Positions 17,790 to 30,760 of a stretch of 64,000 nt of DNA are shown piece after piece (the first letter of the stretch is position 1; every line of letters starts with the position of its first letter). Origin of the DNA: the human T2T-CHM13v2.0 reference genome, Homo sapiens; NCBI RefSeq assembly GCF_009914755.1, contig NC_060935.1. One strand, 5' to 3'. Under the pieces are notes generated by a model, which was given only the letters and a program-made list of their open reading frames with translations, did no database searches and had not been told where the DNA came from. Made by a program: the position numbers and the translations under genes.

Positions 17790-18810
17790 TACCAACTGGT
17801 CATTTTCTCTGTCCCCAAGTGTATAATTGGGATTGACAAACTCAGCAGTTAAAGATAGCACCCATACTGGATACTTGACCTGTTGAATAAGAGGTGTCAT
17901 AGTGGGAAGGCTAAGTGGAAGCCTTGGAAACTACCTTCTGCTCTCCTGGCCAAGATAGTGAACCAAACCCAATAACACCTTCTGGGACAGATGGTGGAGA
18001 GTAGTGCTACCCTGAAGTATCTTTTTTTTTTTATTTTTTTTAATTTTTTTTTTGAGATGGAGCCTTGTTCTGTTTCCCAGGCTGGAGTGAAATGGTGCAG
18101 TCTTGGCTCACTACAGCCTCCACCTTCTGGGTTCAAGTGATTCTCCTGCCTCAGCCTCCCAAGTAGCTGGCATTATAGGCACCCGCCACTACGCATGGCT
18201 AATTTTTGTATTTTTAGTAGAGACGGGGTTTCACCATGTTGACCAGGCTGGTTTTGAACTCCTGACCTCAGGTAATCTGCCCACCTTGGCTTCCCAAAGT
18301 GCTGGGATTACAGACGTGAGCCACTGCACCCGACCTACCCTTAAGTATCTTAAGATGCAAGGTGGTGGTCTCTATCCTATCTATATTTAATTCATTAGTC
18401 TGCCCCTGTAAAACTGGATTGATCAGAGAATGACTGGACTTCAGTAATTTTGATTTAGCATCCCCAAATGTGGCTGCCATGATGGATTTGATATCTTTGC
18501 TAGAGCAGGTTATACTTCGATATTTGGCCATTGATTTGGCAAACGCATTATTTTCTGTTTCAGTCAGAAAAAAGGATTAAAAACTATTTGTATTCATGGG
18601 GAACATATCAGTATTCCTTTATAGTTTTGCCTAGGGATATGTAAACACTTCTACTCTTATACTGTTTGTCATAATATAGTCAAAAGATACCTGGACCATC
18701 TGGCCATAGAACATCACCATGATATATTACGTTGACAACATCATGCTAACCAGACAGCATTAGCACACTGGAGGCCTTGGTAAGATGTGTGTGCTCCACA
18801 GTGGGTACTG
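17790..18810 (+). mobile_element. ERVL-class endogenous retrovirus internal relic (degenerate pol/reverse transcriptase)
   Basis: Translated fragments YLAIDLANALFSVSV (from 18521), HNIVKRYLDHL and IYYVDNIML (YVDN at 18728-18739, decayed YxDD); multiple stops and frameshifts; Alu inserted. Confidence 0.8.
18022..18335 (-). mobile_element. AluSx inside ERVL pol relic
   Basis: TSD CTACCCT(G/T)AAGTATCT. Confidence 0.95.
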
Positions 18811-18834
18811 TCACATTCTTTGCCAAACTGGATA

Positions 18835-19366
18835 TACTTGGTTTTAAAATATGTCCACAAATTCTTTGATACTCTTTCCATCAAGGGGTGGAGTCTAATT
18901 CCTCTCCCCTTGAGCTGGACCTCACTTTCTATTCTAACAAATAGAATAAAGTGAACATGATAGTGTACAACTTCAGAAATCAGGTCATAAAAGGCACTAC
19001 AGTTTCCTTTTTGCTTTCTCTCTGTCTCTTAAATTATTCACTCTGCGGAAGTCCCATCAATATATTGTGAGGACACTCAAGAAGCATATGGAAAAGGCCA
19101 TGTGGAGAACTAGTGTTTCCTGACAACAATCAGCATGGACTTGCTGGGAATGTGAGTGAGCCACCATGAAAGCAAATCCTCCAGCCCCAGTCAAACCATC
19201 AGATGGCTATTGGCCTTTTAAAACCTAAGAGACCAGAGCCATAGCCACTCAGTTAAGCCACTTCCTTGATTCGTAACCCTCAGAAAGTGTATGAAATAAT
19301 GTTTATTGTTTTAAGCAACTAAATTTTGGGGGTAATTTGTTATGCAATTATAGATATTAATATACA
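18835..19366 (+). mobile_element. MLT1E/F-type MaLR solo LTR
   Basis: AAAATATGTCCACAAATTCTTTGATACTC...GTTTATTGTTTTAAGCAACTAAATTTTGGGGGTAATTTGTTATGCA. Confidence 0.75.
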
Positions 19367-19806
19367 TTCCTACAAGCAGAATATGAGAATTCTAGTTGTC
19401 TGACCTTCTTTTCAACATCTAGTATTTCCCTTTTTTATTTTAGCCATTCTAGTGAGTGCTAACACCACTGTTATCACATTGTGGTTTAATTTGTTTTTCC
19501 CCAGTGACTAATGTATAGAGCATCTTTTGACATATGTATGAATATCTATATAGACATATAGATATGTATATGTGTATTTAATATCTGGATTTATTATTTT
19601 GGTGATTATCTGGATTTTATTATTTGTTCAAGCCTTTTTGCCCAGTTTTCCATTGGGCTATCTTTTTCTTACTGATTTGTAGGCGTTCTTTATGTATGCT
19701 GGATATAAGTCCTTTGTCTTATATGTGTATTATGAATATCTTTTCTCAGTTTATCAACCTTTTCCTCCATGTGTCCTTATCCCTTTTTGTGCCCTGTAAG
19801 AAATCT

Positions 19807-19943
19807 GGCCTCCTGGGATCCCATCTGGAAAGTGCTTAGTATTCTGCCTGCTTCACAAAGGGAGGGAAAGCAAACGTGGTGAGGCACCCTTTCCATTCCA
19901 GCTTGCTCGGTAGCTGGTGATTGGAAGACACTCTGTGACAGCG
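19807..19943 (+). ncRNA. SNORA7: SNORA7 (ACA7) H/ACA snoRNA retrocopy
   Basis: GGCCTCCTGGGATCCCATCTGGAAAGTGCTTAGTATTCTG...GGAAGACACTCTGTGACAGCG aligns by eye at about 88% to recalled SNORA7A. H box AAAGCA (ANANNA) at 19867-19872; ACA box at 19938-19940, 3 nt from the 3' end; followed by intronic tail, A-rich tail and a degenerate TSD. Confidence 0.9.
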
Positions 19944-20043
19944 TTCAGTCCCTGGGCAGGAAAACCTCCTTTAAGGATTTTTCTTCCTTAACTGGGTCTG
20001 CTTCTTTCCTAAAGAAAAAAAAAATGAGTAATAAAAAAAAAAA
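19944..20043 (+). other. Co-retroposed 3' intronic tail of the snoRNA host (RPL32-like intron end) plus A-rich tail
   Basis: TTCAGTCCCTGGGCAGGAAAACCTCC...CCTTAACTGGGTCTGCTTCTTTCCTAAAG ends at an AG (20013-20014) after a branch-point-like CTTAAC and a pyrimidine tract, then an A-rich tail. Confidence 0.75.
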
Positions 20044-20055
20044 TAACTCTTTGCA

Positions 20056-20355
<300 letters not shown>

Positions 20356-20566
20356 CAAACACTCTTTGCCTATTCCAAGTTCATAATGATTTCCCCATAA
20401 TTTTTTTTATCTAAAAGTTTTATTGTTTCACCTTTCCCGTTAGATCTGCAATCCATCTGAAATTGATATTTTTGTGTATGGTGTGAAGTAATGATTCTAG
20501 GTACATTTTTTTCCTTCTGTGTATAACCAATTGATCCAACACCATTTATTGAAAAGATCATTCCTG

Positions 20567-20941
<375 letters not shown>

Positions 20942-21233
20942 CTATTCTAATTGTCATTTTTGTATCCTGCACTAGTACCACACTGTGCTAATTTTTATTT
21001 TAATTATTCTTGATATTTGGAAGTTTAAGTTTATCAGGTTGTTGTTCTTCAGCAGTGCTTGGCTGTCCTTGGTATTTCTATGTGAATTTTAGAACTGGTT
21101 TGTCAACTTCTGCTAAGAAAAACCCCTGTTGGGATTTTGATTGGCTTTGCATTAAATCTATAGATTGGGAGAACTGACAAACTATATGTAGTCTTTCAAC
21201 TCATGAACATGATATGTTCTTCCATTTATTCAG

Positions 21234-21357
21234 TTTATTTATTTATTTATTTATTTTTTAAATTAGAGTCAGGGTCTCACTATGTTGCCCAGGCTGGTCT
21301 TGAACTTCTGGGCTCAAGTGATTTTCCTGCCACAGGCTTGAGCCACCATGCCTGGCC
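21234..21357 (-). mobile_element. FLAM monomer
   Basis: Antisense monomer with (TTTA)n tail. Confidence 0.75.
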
Positions 21358-21394
21358 TATTTAGAACTTTAAAATTATTTTTTTTTTTCTGTAA

Positions 21395-21736
<342 letters not shown>

Positions 21737-22354
21737 TTTATATATCTTTTATTAGTTTTTTTCCCCCCTAAGTATTTGATGTATTTTTGATGCAATAGTC
21801 AATAGTATTACTGTATTTTAAAGGTCTTATTTTTATAAAATAAACAATTTCAATGAAGCCTTGTAGTACTCAACACTTCCAGCTTTAATTTCTTTGCTGT
21901 AATAGCTTGCTTATGAACAATTCAGGAAAGAATTTCATGTGCAGTGCTATTTCTTTAATCTTACCCATAATCCTTTTAAAATTCCAGTTGAAGCAGCTAC
22001 TTTTTCGTGGTTACACTTAAGTATTTTTAAAATAAAACTTTATTTTCTATCATTTTAAAAAAATCTTATTTCAACTAAGAAAGTCTTATGCTATGGAGGA
22101 TATTTCTTCTCTTGTACATTTTTCCTTTACTGTCCCTTGAAAGGCAGTTCCTTTTTTATTTCAGAATTTAACAGAACATAGCAAATACCCTTAACTGGCA
22201 CATGAAAGAAAACTTGTATCTTACTTTCTAGAAAATACCTCATGCTCCATAATTTATAATAATATTTGTTTTTCAAATCTTAAACAATATTTAATATATA
22301 TTTTCTAACAGTATTTGCTGACAAAGGAATGCAGTTTTAAAAATATTGCTTTCC

Positions 22355-22660
22355 AGCTGGCTGCGGTGGCTCACGCCTGTAATCCCAGCACTTTGGGAGG
22401 CCGATGCAGGTGGATCACAAGGTCAATAGATCGAAACCATCCTGGCCAACATGGTGACACCCTGTCTCTACAAAAACTATAAAAATTAGCTGGGCATGGT
22501 GGCGCACGCCTGTAGTCCCAGCTACTCAGGAGGCTGATGCAGGAGAATCGCTTAAACCTGGGAGGCGGAGGTTTCAGTAAGCCAAGATTGTGCCACTGCA
22601 CTCCAGCCTGGCGACAGAGTGAGACTCCATCTCAAAACAAACAAACAAACAATACAAACA
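22355..22660 (+). mobile_element. AluSc-like
   Basis: CCTGGCGACAG deletion; TSD AAAATATTGCTTTC. Confidence 0.9.
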
Positions 22661-22904
22661 AAATATTGCTTTCTTTGTACTATTTAATCCACTTTATTAC
22701 TGCAATAAGAAAGAATAAATGTTTTACCAATAATATGTTCCTGTTTTTCATTATTAAGCAGGACATGTATAAAGAGACTTCTTAGCACTGGATTGAATAT
22801 CTTTGGACTTTAAACACTACAGAAAAATTATAAAAGTTTATCTTCAGATATAATTTTTAGATGGTTTTTAATCATGATAGCTTTATTTTATCATTATTTA
22901 ATAT

Positions 22905-23105
22905 AATGGTCAACAAATTATGCCTGCTTGTATAAATAAAGTTTTATTGGAACAAAGCCACATTCATTTGATTAATGTAATCAATAACAATGTAATGTAA
23001 TTGTGGCTACTTTTAAACTACAGTGGCAGAGTTAATTAGTTATAATAGAGGCTGTAAAATATTAACTGTCTGGCCCTTTACATGAAATGTTTTGCTGACA
23101 TCTGA
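22905..23105. mobile_element. MER58A-like hAT MITE
   Basis: TATAAATAAAGTTTTATTGGAACAAAGCCACATTCATT core. Confidence 0.7.
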
Positions 23106-24134
23106 TTTAATATATCAGGCCCGGTAAAGATTTAGTTTATTGTTAATAATAAATTTAAATCCATACAGTATTCTAAGTATCTTTTGATAATTTTGAATTT
23201 TTTTGCCAACTTATTGTTTGAACCAATTAGATTGTTTTCGTCCTGTAATATAGCTCACAGAGAGCTCATATTAGGTATAGAAGGGTCAGCTTTGTTACTT
23301 GCTATTTATTTTTGTTTGTAATTTTAATATTATCTTTAACCTATGGGGGTTGTTTTTCATATTCATTTATTTATTTGCAAACATCCCTTAAGATCATTTG
23401 TGTGGTAAAGTTTGATTTAGTTGAGAAAAAAATATAAACCATAATTTATAAGTACCCTGAAAGCAAATGAGTGACTGCAGATACTGATGTTCTTCCTTGC
23501 ACACTGGGGAGCTCCCATCTCTATTCTCAGGAAAACTCATATGTGGTAAGCGATACCGAAATACATGACATACAGACCCAGAGAGGGCACCATTGTTAGT
23601 CAGTACAGTTAACATTGGTAAAGCATAATTCTTATATTTTAAGATTAAAAACAATTATAAAATAAGAGTTTTAATTTTTCTTTTTGTGCTTCACTGGAAA
23701 GTCTTATGCATTCCACTTTGGAGACCACTGTCTTAATACATACTGTTTGTGTAAATTCTTTCAAATTCTGAATGTAGGCATAATCCCTGAATATAAATAA
23801 AAGTTTGTAGTATCATAATAATTGAGCTTTAAGTCCAGCAAATACTTTGTGTGGATAGTACTGCCAGCAGCTGCAATTAGAGAATCTGTGGGCTAAGCAA
23901 AGCCTTACTCAGATGCTTTATCTGTTTTTATCCTGTGTGGACAGTCATCTCTCTTCCAATAGAATTTTGTATCTGCAGCTAATTAAATCAAGAATTTAAC
24001 CTTAGGATGGAGGATAGAGGACTATGTCTTCCTGCCAATAGGTAACCCACCAGAACCACTCCAGTGAGGAGAGCTACCACCTTAGAGGCCTCAATAGGTA
24101 GGGATTTACTTTAGGGAGTTGACAGATGCTTAAG

Positions 24135-24360
24135 TATGGAGTCATACAGTCTGGGCTCAAATTCTGGGCTCCTCCTATTATAAGCTGTGTATTCCTAGGC
24201 AAGTTCATTTAACCACTTTGTGTCTCAGTTTCCTCTTATGTTAAATAGGGAGAATGGCATCTAACTTTTAAGGTTGCTATGAAAAATTAGTTAATCCATA
24301 TTAAGTGCTTGGCATACTATCTAGCACATATGAAGAGCTCAATGAATGTTAATTTTTAGT
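24135..24360 (+). mobile_element. MIR
   Basis: TGTGTCTCAGTTTCCTC...CTCAATGAATGTT. Confidence 0.75.
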
Positions 24361-24407
24361 TAACTTTCTGGCGGTTCAGATTTGGTCAGTTCACAGTTCA
24401 CTGAGAA

Positions 24408-24467
24408 TATTTATCTTTGAGCAGACTCATATTAACCTTTATTTATCTTTGAGCAGACTTATATTAA
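24408..24467. repeat. 28-bp direct repeat x2 (period 32)
   Basis: TATTTATCTTTGAGCAGACT(C/T)ATATTAA at 24408 and 24440. Confidence 0.9.
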
Positions 24468-24659
24468 GTTCTTATAAAACTACAATGCCAATTTTTAAGT
24501 CTACCTCAGGAAGTAGAACTGTCACATATACTGGATGCCCTATGTTGTTAATGACCTGTACATTTTCTACCTCTGGATGGCACCATGGAACACAAACATC
24601 CTAATCACGAAGGTTATATTGAACATAGGGTCTGAATTAGGGACATTCATTAGGTGAAT

Positions 24660-25150
24660 CCAGTGTTTTGTGTATAATGCCAAAGTGGCTGAAGTGAATA
24701 TTTATTACCCTTTCCTGTGTTTAAGGAATTTCTTTACCTAAAATGCCAGCTACTTACTTGTAACCTTTTTCGCAGTTTGCCCTAGGCTCTTTTGGTCTTA
24801 GCCACTCATCATGGACTTTGACTCTGAAGAGCTGTGATGCAAAGAAGCAGGGTGCAGTGATGGTGGTGCAGGTAGCAAATTGAGTTCCTGGGGCAGCAGG
24901 GCCAGTTATATTACAGTGGCTAGAGATAGTGGAGGTTGGCAGTGGAAGCAGAGGCATCCTGATCAGATTAGTTCTGCTACTTAGTTTTAGGCGTTGTTCT
25001 CGGCATCAATCCCTGGTTTTTCACTTCTCCTTGTAATTCTGAGTTACTCTTTTGATAAGTTCTTTTTCTCCTCAAACTAGCCAAAATCAGCTGGGTTGCT
25101 AAATTTGCAATCTAAGTTGTTCTTGCAACTAAGAACCCTGTGGATATAGC
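24660..25150 (+). mobile_element. LTR33-like ERVL LTR
   Basis: GGACTTTGACTCTGAAGAGCTGTGATGCAAAGAAGCAGG...TTGCAACTAAGAACCCTG. Confidence 0.6.
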
Positions 25151-25467
25151 AGCTACAATAGCCTGATGCATTTGTCTTGCAATACAGATAGAAAGGTCAT
25201 GGGAAAGCAAATGAAGTATTTAAACTTTGTTGGCTTCTTCTCCCCTTGTGGGTGTTAAGATCACCCTATTCCCAGGGCCTAGATTTGTGCCTGAAATAAA
25301 GTAAGTGCTTAGTAAACCTTTTGTGGAATGAAAGAATGATGGGTACTGCCAATATGTGTCTGTTACTCTGCTTTTTCTCAGCTTTCATGGTTGACTGATC
25401 TCCCTAAGGAAGGACATATTTTTTCTTTCGATATGTTAATACAGATGTAATCCTGCGTAACAGTCCA

Positions 25468-25889
<422 letters not shown>

Positions 25890-26097
25890 TGACAGGAATC
25901 CCTTCCTGGTGTCACAAGGCAGTCTAACATCTTTCCTGGGATTCTGGAAGGCATCTCTTGAGTCTTCCTCAAGGGGCTTGTTGATGGAGTAAAGAAAAGA
26001 CCATACACCCACAGAAAATTTCATACATTCATACACAAATGTAGAACTGTATTTAAACCTTCTATCTGCCACCTAACAACTTTATGATTCTTGTTAA

Positions 26098-26380
<283 letters not shown>

Positions 26381-27106
26381 CGATGATTCTTGTTAAATTT
26401 TCTACAGATGTCCTGCTTTGCTTTTCCTATGATGGTATGCTAAGATTGGGAAAGGCAGGAGATACAGGTCCTTTTTTACTTCCTTTTTATGTTAAAGCAG
26501 GTGAACTTCTGCTCTAGATTTGTGTGTTAAGGAGCTGTGGGAACTGGCAGTTAGCACCCCACTTTCTGGTTCCATGAAGTCATTTGCTTGCATTTACGGA
26601 GCCCCTTGCTGTATGCTATGAGATAATGGCATTCTGAGGCTGGAGGTGCCAGGATTTTGAGAGATTGGAATGGCTTGTTGCCAGTTTATTATTGCCTCTC
26701 TCCTGGTGGAGTGGCTGAAGCTAGTGCCAAGGGTAGTACACCTGGGATCCCTGTCTTTTTGTTTCTAGAACACAGTGCTTTAGACTTGGGCTTATAAATC
26801 AGAGCTGGGACTTTGAGAAGATTTGTGAGCAAGTTCATCAAGATATTGGGGTCATCTGGCCTAGTCTTCTTGAGTTTCACATGTAGAAACAAGCCTAGAG
26901 AATACTGTAACACAAAGTTAGAAGGGTTGAGGAGGGCGAGGGAAGGGTCAACACCTTACCGCTGATCGCTTTGCTTTACTCCTGCATTTTTTGTTCAGAG
27001 TGGACCCCGTTCTGCAATCGTTGGTCTGAAATTCAACCCAGTCCTAAATTGCATGTCTCGGGCCACAGGTTACCAAGTTTACAGACAACAGTCCTGTGCC
27101 TCTCTG

Positions 27107-27130
27107 GACACGTGACTGGTCTATTAATAG
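27107..27130. promoter_or_regulatory. Candidate E-box (CACGTG) plus MEF2 site
   Basis: GACACGTGAC 27107-27116 and CTATTAATAG 27121-27130 (matches YTAW4TAR) in repeat-free sequence. Confidence 0.4.
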
Positions 27131-27409
27131 ATCTGAAGTTCTGGGAGAGCCTCAGCTCTTCCCCCACCTTTCTACTTCCAGCAGCCTGCTTGCTGGTAAT
27201 TTCTTCAGTGCCCGGACAACTGGACAGAGAATGGAAACAGGGCAATCTGCCCATCCCCTTTTAGGAGGTAATGCAGGCCCAGGTGTATATATATGAGTAG
27301 CCTCTGGCCTCATGGGTGTCTGTGCTGCATCAGGTCAAGTGGAAACGCTTAGCATTTAGGAGGAAGTAATTCCAGTTTGCCCTGGATGGGATTGAAAAAA
27401 AACCCAAAC

Positions 27410-27600
27410 ATGTATTTTACCTTCACTATATGTAAGGCACTGTACTAGGCACTTTGCATGTGTTTACCACAATCTTCCCTGAACCTTGTGAGATAGATAT
27501 TCTCATTTTACAGAGGAGATGACTAAAACTCAGGAAGATTGACTTAGTAACCTAATGTTACACAGCTGGCAAGACTAAAATCCAGGCCTTCTGACTTTGT
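27410..27600 (-). mobile_element. MIR
   Basis: CATTTTACAGAGGAGATGACTAAAACTCAG. Confidence 0.65.
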
Positions 27601-28124
27601 CTTTCGAAAATGACAGCTTCCCTGTTTATAACTTTCTATAGTAAAATTGGGCTAGGATAATTTAACCATGCTATCTTTGGGGACACTTGTATTATTGAAT
27701 TATCTCATATAGCTCAGGAAAATGGGGGCAAACATGAAGGGAGGGGAATAAGGCCTATCAGGCTGTGGGCAACAAAGGGAGCTCAGTGTAGCAGGATGGT
27801 GCCTACTGTACAGGTCCATGTGACCTTAGTGAACCCAAGTCAGATAGTGGCTGTCCTGCAGGTTAATCAACCATATTTCTTAGCTTGGCGTACAAGGCAT
27901 TCAGAATTAGGGTTCCTGCTTCATCCCATTTTATCTCTTCCTACTTCCTATCATACAAATTGTTTTTCATTCTATTGTTTGCCAGATCTGCTGTCATCTT
28001 CCATGCATGGGCATTTGGAGGCTCTATTAAGGTTCTAGTAAAAAAGTAACTGTGGCTACCTTAGGGCCGAGCAGACAGTTTTGAATCTCCATTTACTCCA
28101 GAATCATTTTGGGCTGGAGCTCTG

Positions 28125-28630
28125 TCATTCATTCATGTATTCAATCATTCTTTTAACATACAGGACACTGCCTCTCTGCCAGGTACTGTACTAGGCCCTG
28201 CTAATCAGAATAATGAACAAGATAGATATGGTTCCTGCTCTCCTAGAGCTTGCAGTGTAGTAGGGAAGGCAAAAATGAACAAAATAATCATAATGAAGTC
28301 TGATGAATGTCTTGAAGTGCAAATAAGGGATGTGATGGGAGGGTGCATATATCAGAGGAACTTAATATTGTTTAGGGTGTTAGGAAAGACCTGACATTAG
28401 CTGAGGAGGTGACATTTAAGTTGGATCTGAAAATTGAGAGAAAATAAGTAAGGGTTAAGAAAGGTAATGCTAGGCAGCTGGAAGAGTATGCAAAGGCTTA
28501 CAGGCCAGGCAATAAGGATAAAGCCATGTCCATGTCAGTTCATTTATTCAGCAATCATTTACAACTGCTGGGTTATATCATGCAGTGTGCTAGGTTCTGG
28601 GAACATAAAAAACAATAAGACGTGGTCCTT
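28125..28630 (-). mobile_element. L2 3' end fragments
   Basis: CATTCATTCA...GCCAGGTACTGTACTAGG...AACAAGATAGATATGGTTCCTGC. Confidence 0.65.
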
Positions 28631-28958
28631 ACCTGCCCTGGATAAACTCAGTAAGGAGTAGTGATGTCACTCCTTGGTAACCAGGGTGCTAAGTTCACCC
28701 TAGATCTTGGACTCAGTTTTTTGGGTCCCATGTGATAGGACTTAACACCTTTAGAAAAACTGCCTGCCCTTGAGTGTTTGGTCCATCTGTCAAGCCGACA
28801 GGACATGGACCTCAGATGAAAACCTGCAGTGTTCTTATCCCTGGCTTCACACTTACCAGATCCATGATAAATGGGGATCTGCTATAGACTGAATGTTTGT
28901 GTCCCTCTAAATTTCATACATTAAAATCCTAACCCCTAATGTGATGGTATTAGGAGGT

Positions 28959-29533
28959 TGTAGGGTAAATGGACCTGAGAGCAATAACAAGCATTCCCTT
29001 AGAATGACACTGTATGGCAGACACACCTGAATGCATGTTCCAAGCTAGGGAATCTGGGAGTGGCCAATCCAGAGATTTCGTTCCTTTTCTATAAGTAATA
29101 TCTGAGCCCTAGCCTACCCTGTGGAACACGGGCCATACAGGGGATTGAGGCCCTGGGTTTTGAGTTGAATGAAGGCTGCCAGATGAGGCCATTAAGAGGA
29201 GGGTGTTAAGTGAAAATGCTATGTAAATTGCACGCTGTTTACAAGCGGTTGCGATTTTCCTGCCCGGCCTGTTGCTCCTGGGCTGTGTGGTTTTCCTGTC
29301 CAGCCCGCTGCGACTGGACTGTATGTAAGGCAGATACCTTGTTCAGCCCGCCACTACTGGACCATATCTGTACATAAGGCAGTTCTCTTGTCCAGCCCAC
29401 CACCATTGGACTCTCTTCCCTGTATGTAAGCCCCTAATAAAACCCTGTGTCTTGTTTGCTGGCTCTAGGTCTCTTCTTTGGCCTCTTAAACCTGCTGCCT
29501 TCCCTATGGAAGTTAACAGGGTTTGGTACAACA
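28959..29533 (+). mobile_element. ERVL solo LTR (LTR32-like) with internal ~40-nt imperfect tandem repeats
   Basis: TG...CA termini, AATAAA near 29436, four units resembling TCCTGTCCAGCCCGCCACCACTGGAC at 29258-29412. Confidence 0.7.
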
Positions 29534-29619
29534 GACACAGGGCCTTTGGTGGGTGATTAGGTCATTAGGACAGAGCCCTCTTGAATGGAATTAGTGCCCT
29601 TAGAAAAGAGACCCCAGAG

Positions 29620-30067
<448 letters not shown>

Positions 30068-30559
30068 CTAGAATTGTGAAAAATGAGTTTGTTGTTTAAG
30101 CTGCCCTGTCTATGGTATTTTTGTCATAGCAGCTTGAATGGACTAAGACAGGCTCCTCTACAGAGTTGAGGTTATTGGGGTCCAGAGATTGGCTTTTGTC
30201 CCCAGTAGAAAACATAGAAGGAGCTTTTTGGCTGAGGTGAAGTTGCCTCTGTTTTCAGAGCTTTGTGTCCTTGGTGTCTCATATTTATTACAATTGATCA
30301 TGTGTTCTCACACCCATCCATTGTCTTGAGTACACCTAAGGTGGTATTTTAGCTGTGTTTTTCTGGATTCTGATACTGCTTATAGACAAAAGTCTTAGCG
30401 GCTGGCTATCTTGGACTGTAAATTGCCTAAGTCCTAGGTGTGTTGTTCACATGGGCTGTGTTGTGAATGGGACCACGTTTCCCCAATTGTGCAACAGTGC
30501 AACATTGTGGCCCTGGTTAAAGGGAAGGGAAGTTAGGTTATTGAAACATGGACTGTGTG

Positions 30560-30760
30560 CCTCAGGCTGTGTGATTTGTATTCTTTATTTCATTTAATAC
30601 TCCCTGTAATGCTCTAAAGTAAGTACTTTTATTCTAATTTACAGATGAGGAGACTGAAGTTTAGTGAACTAAGTAAACAAGTAAGTAGTGGTTTGGGGTT
30701 AGAGTTTAGGTCCAACTCTAAAGTCCATGTTTCCCTCTCTCATCCAGCTGTTTCCCAATG
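30560..30760 (-). mobile_element. MIR
   Basis: TTTACAGATGAGGAGACTGAAG. Confidence 0.7.

Larger units (their letters stand above)
21800..23730 (-). mobile_element. hAT-Charlie-type transposon with degenerate transposase
   Basis: Terminal CACTTTGGAGACCACTG near 23730; minus-strand peptide [23 protein letters not shown] near 22265-22336 (Charlie IPLSxNTV motif); Alu and MER58 inserted. Confidence 0.7.

Noticed and set aside
20015-20030. AAAATGAGTA in the snoRNA retrocopy tail resembling the recalled RPL32 stop-codon region (template switch)
   Set aside because: Match is too short and A-rich to distinguish from poly(A) decay
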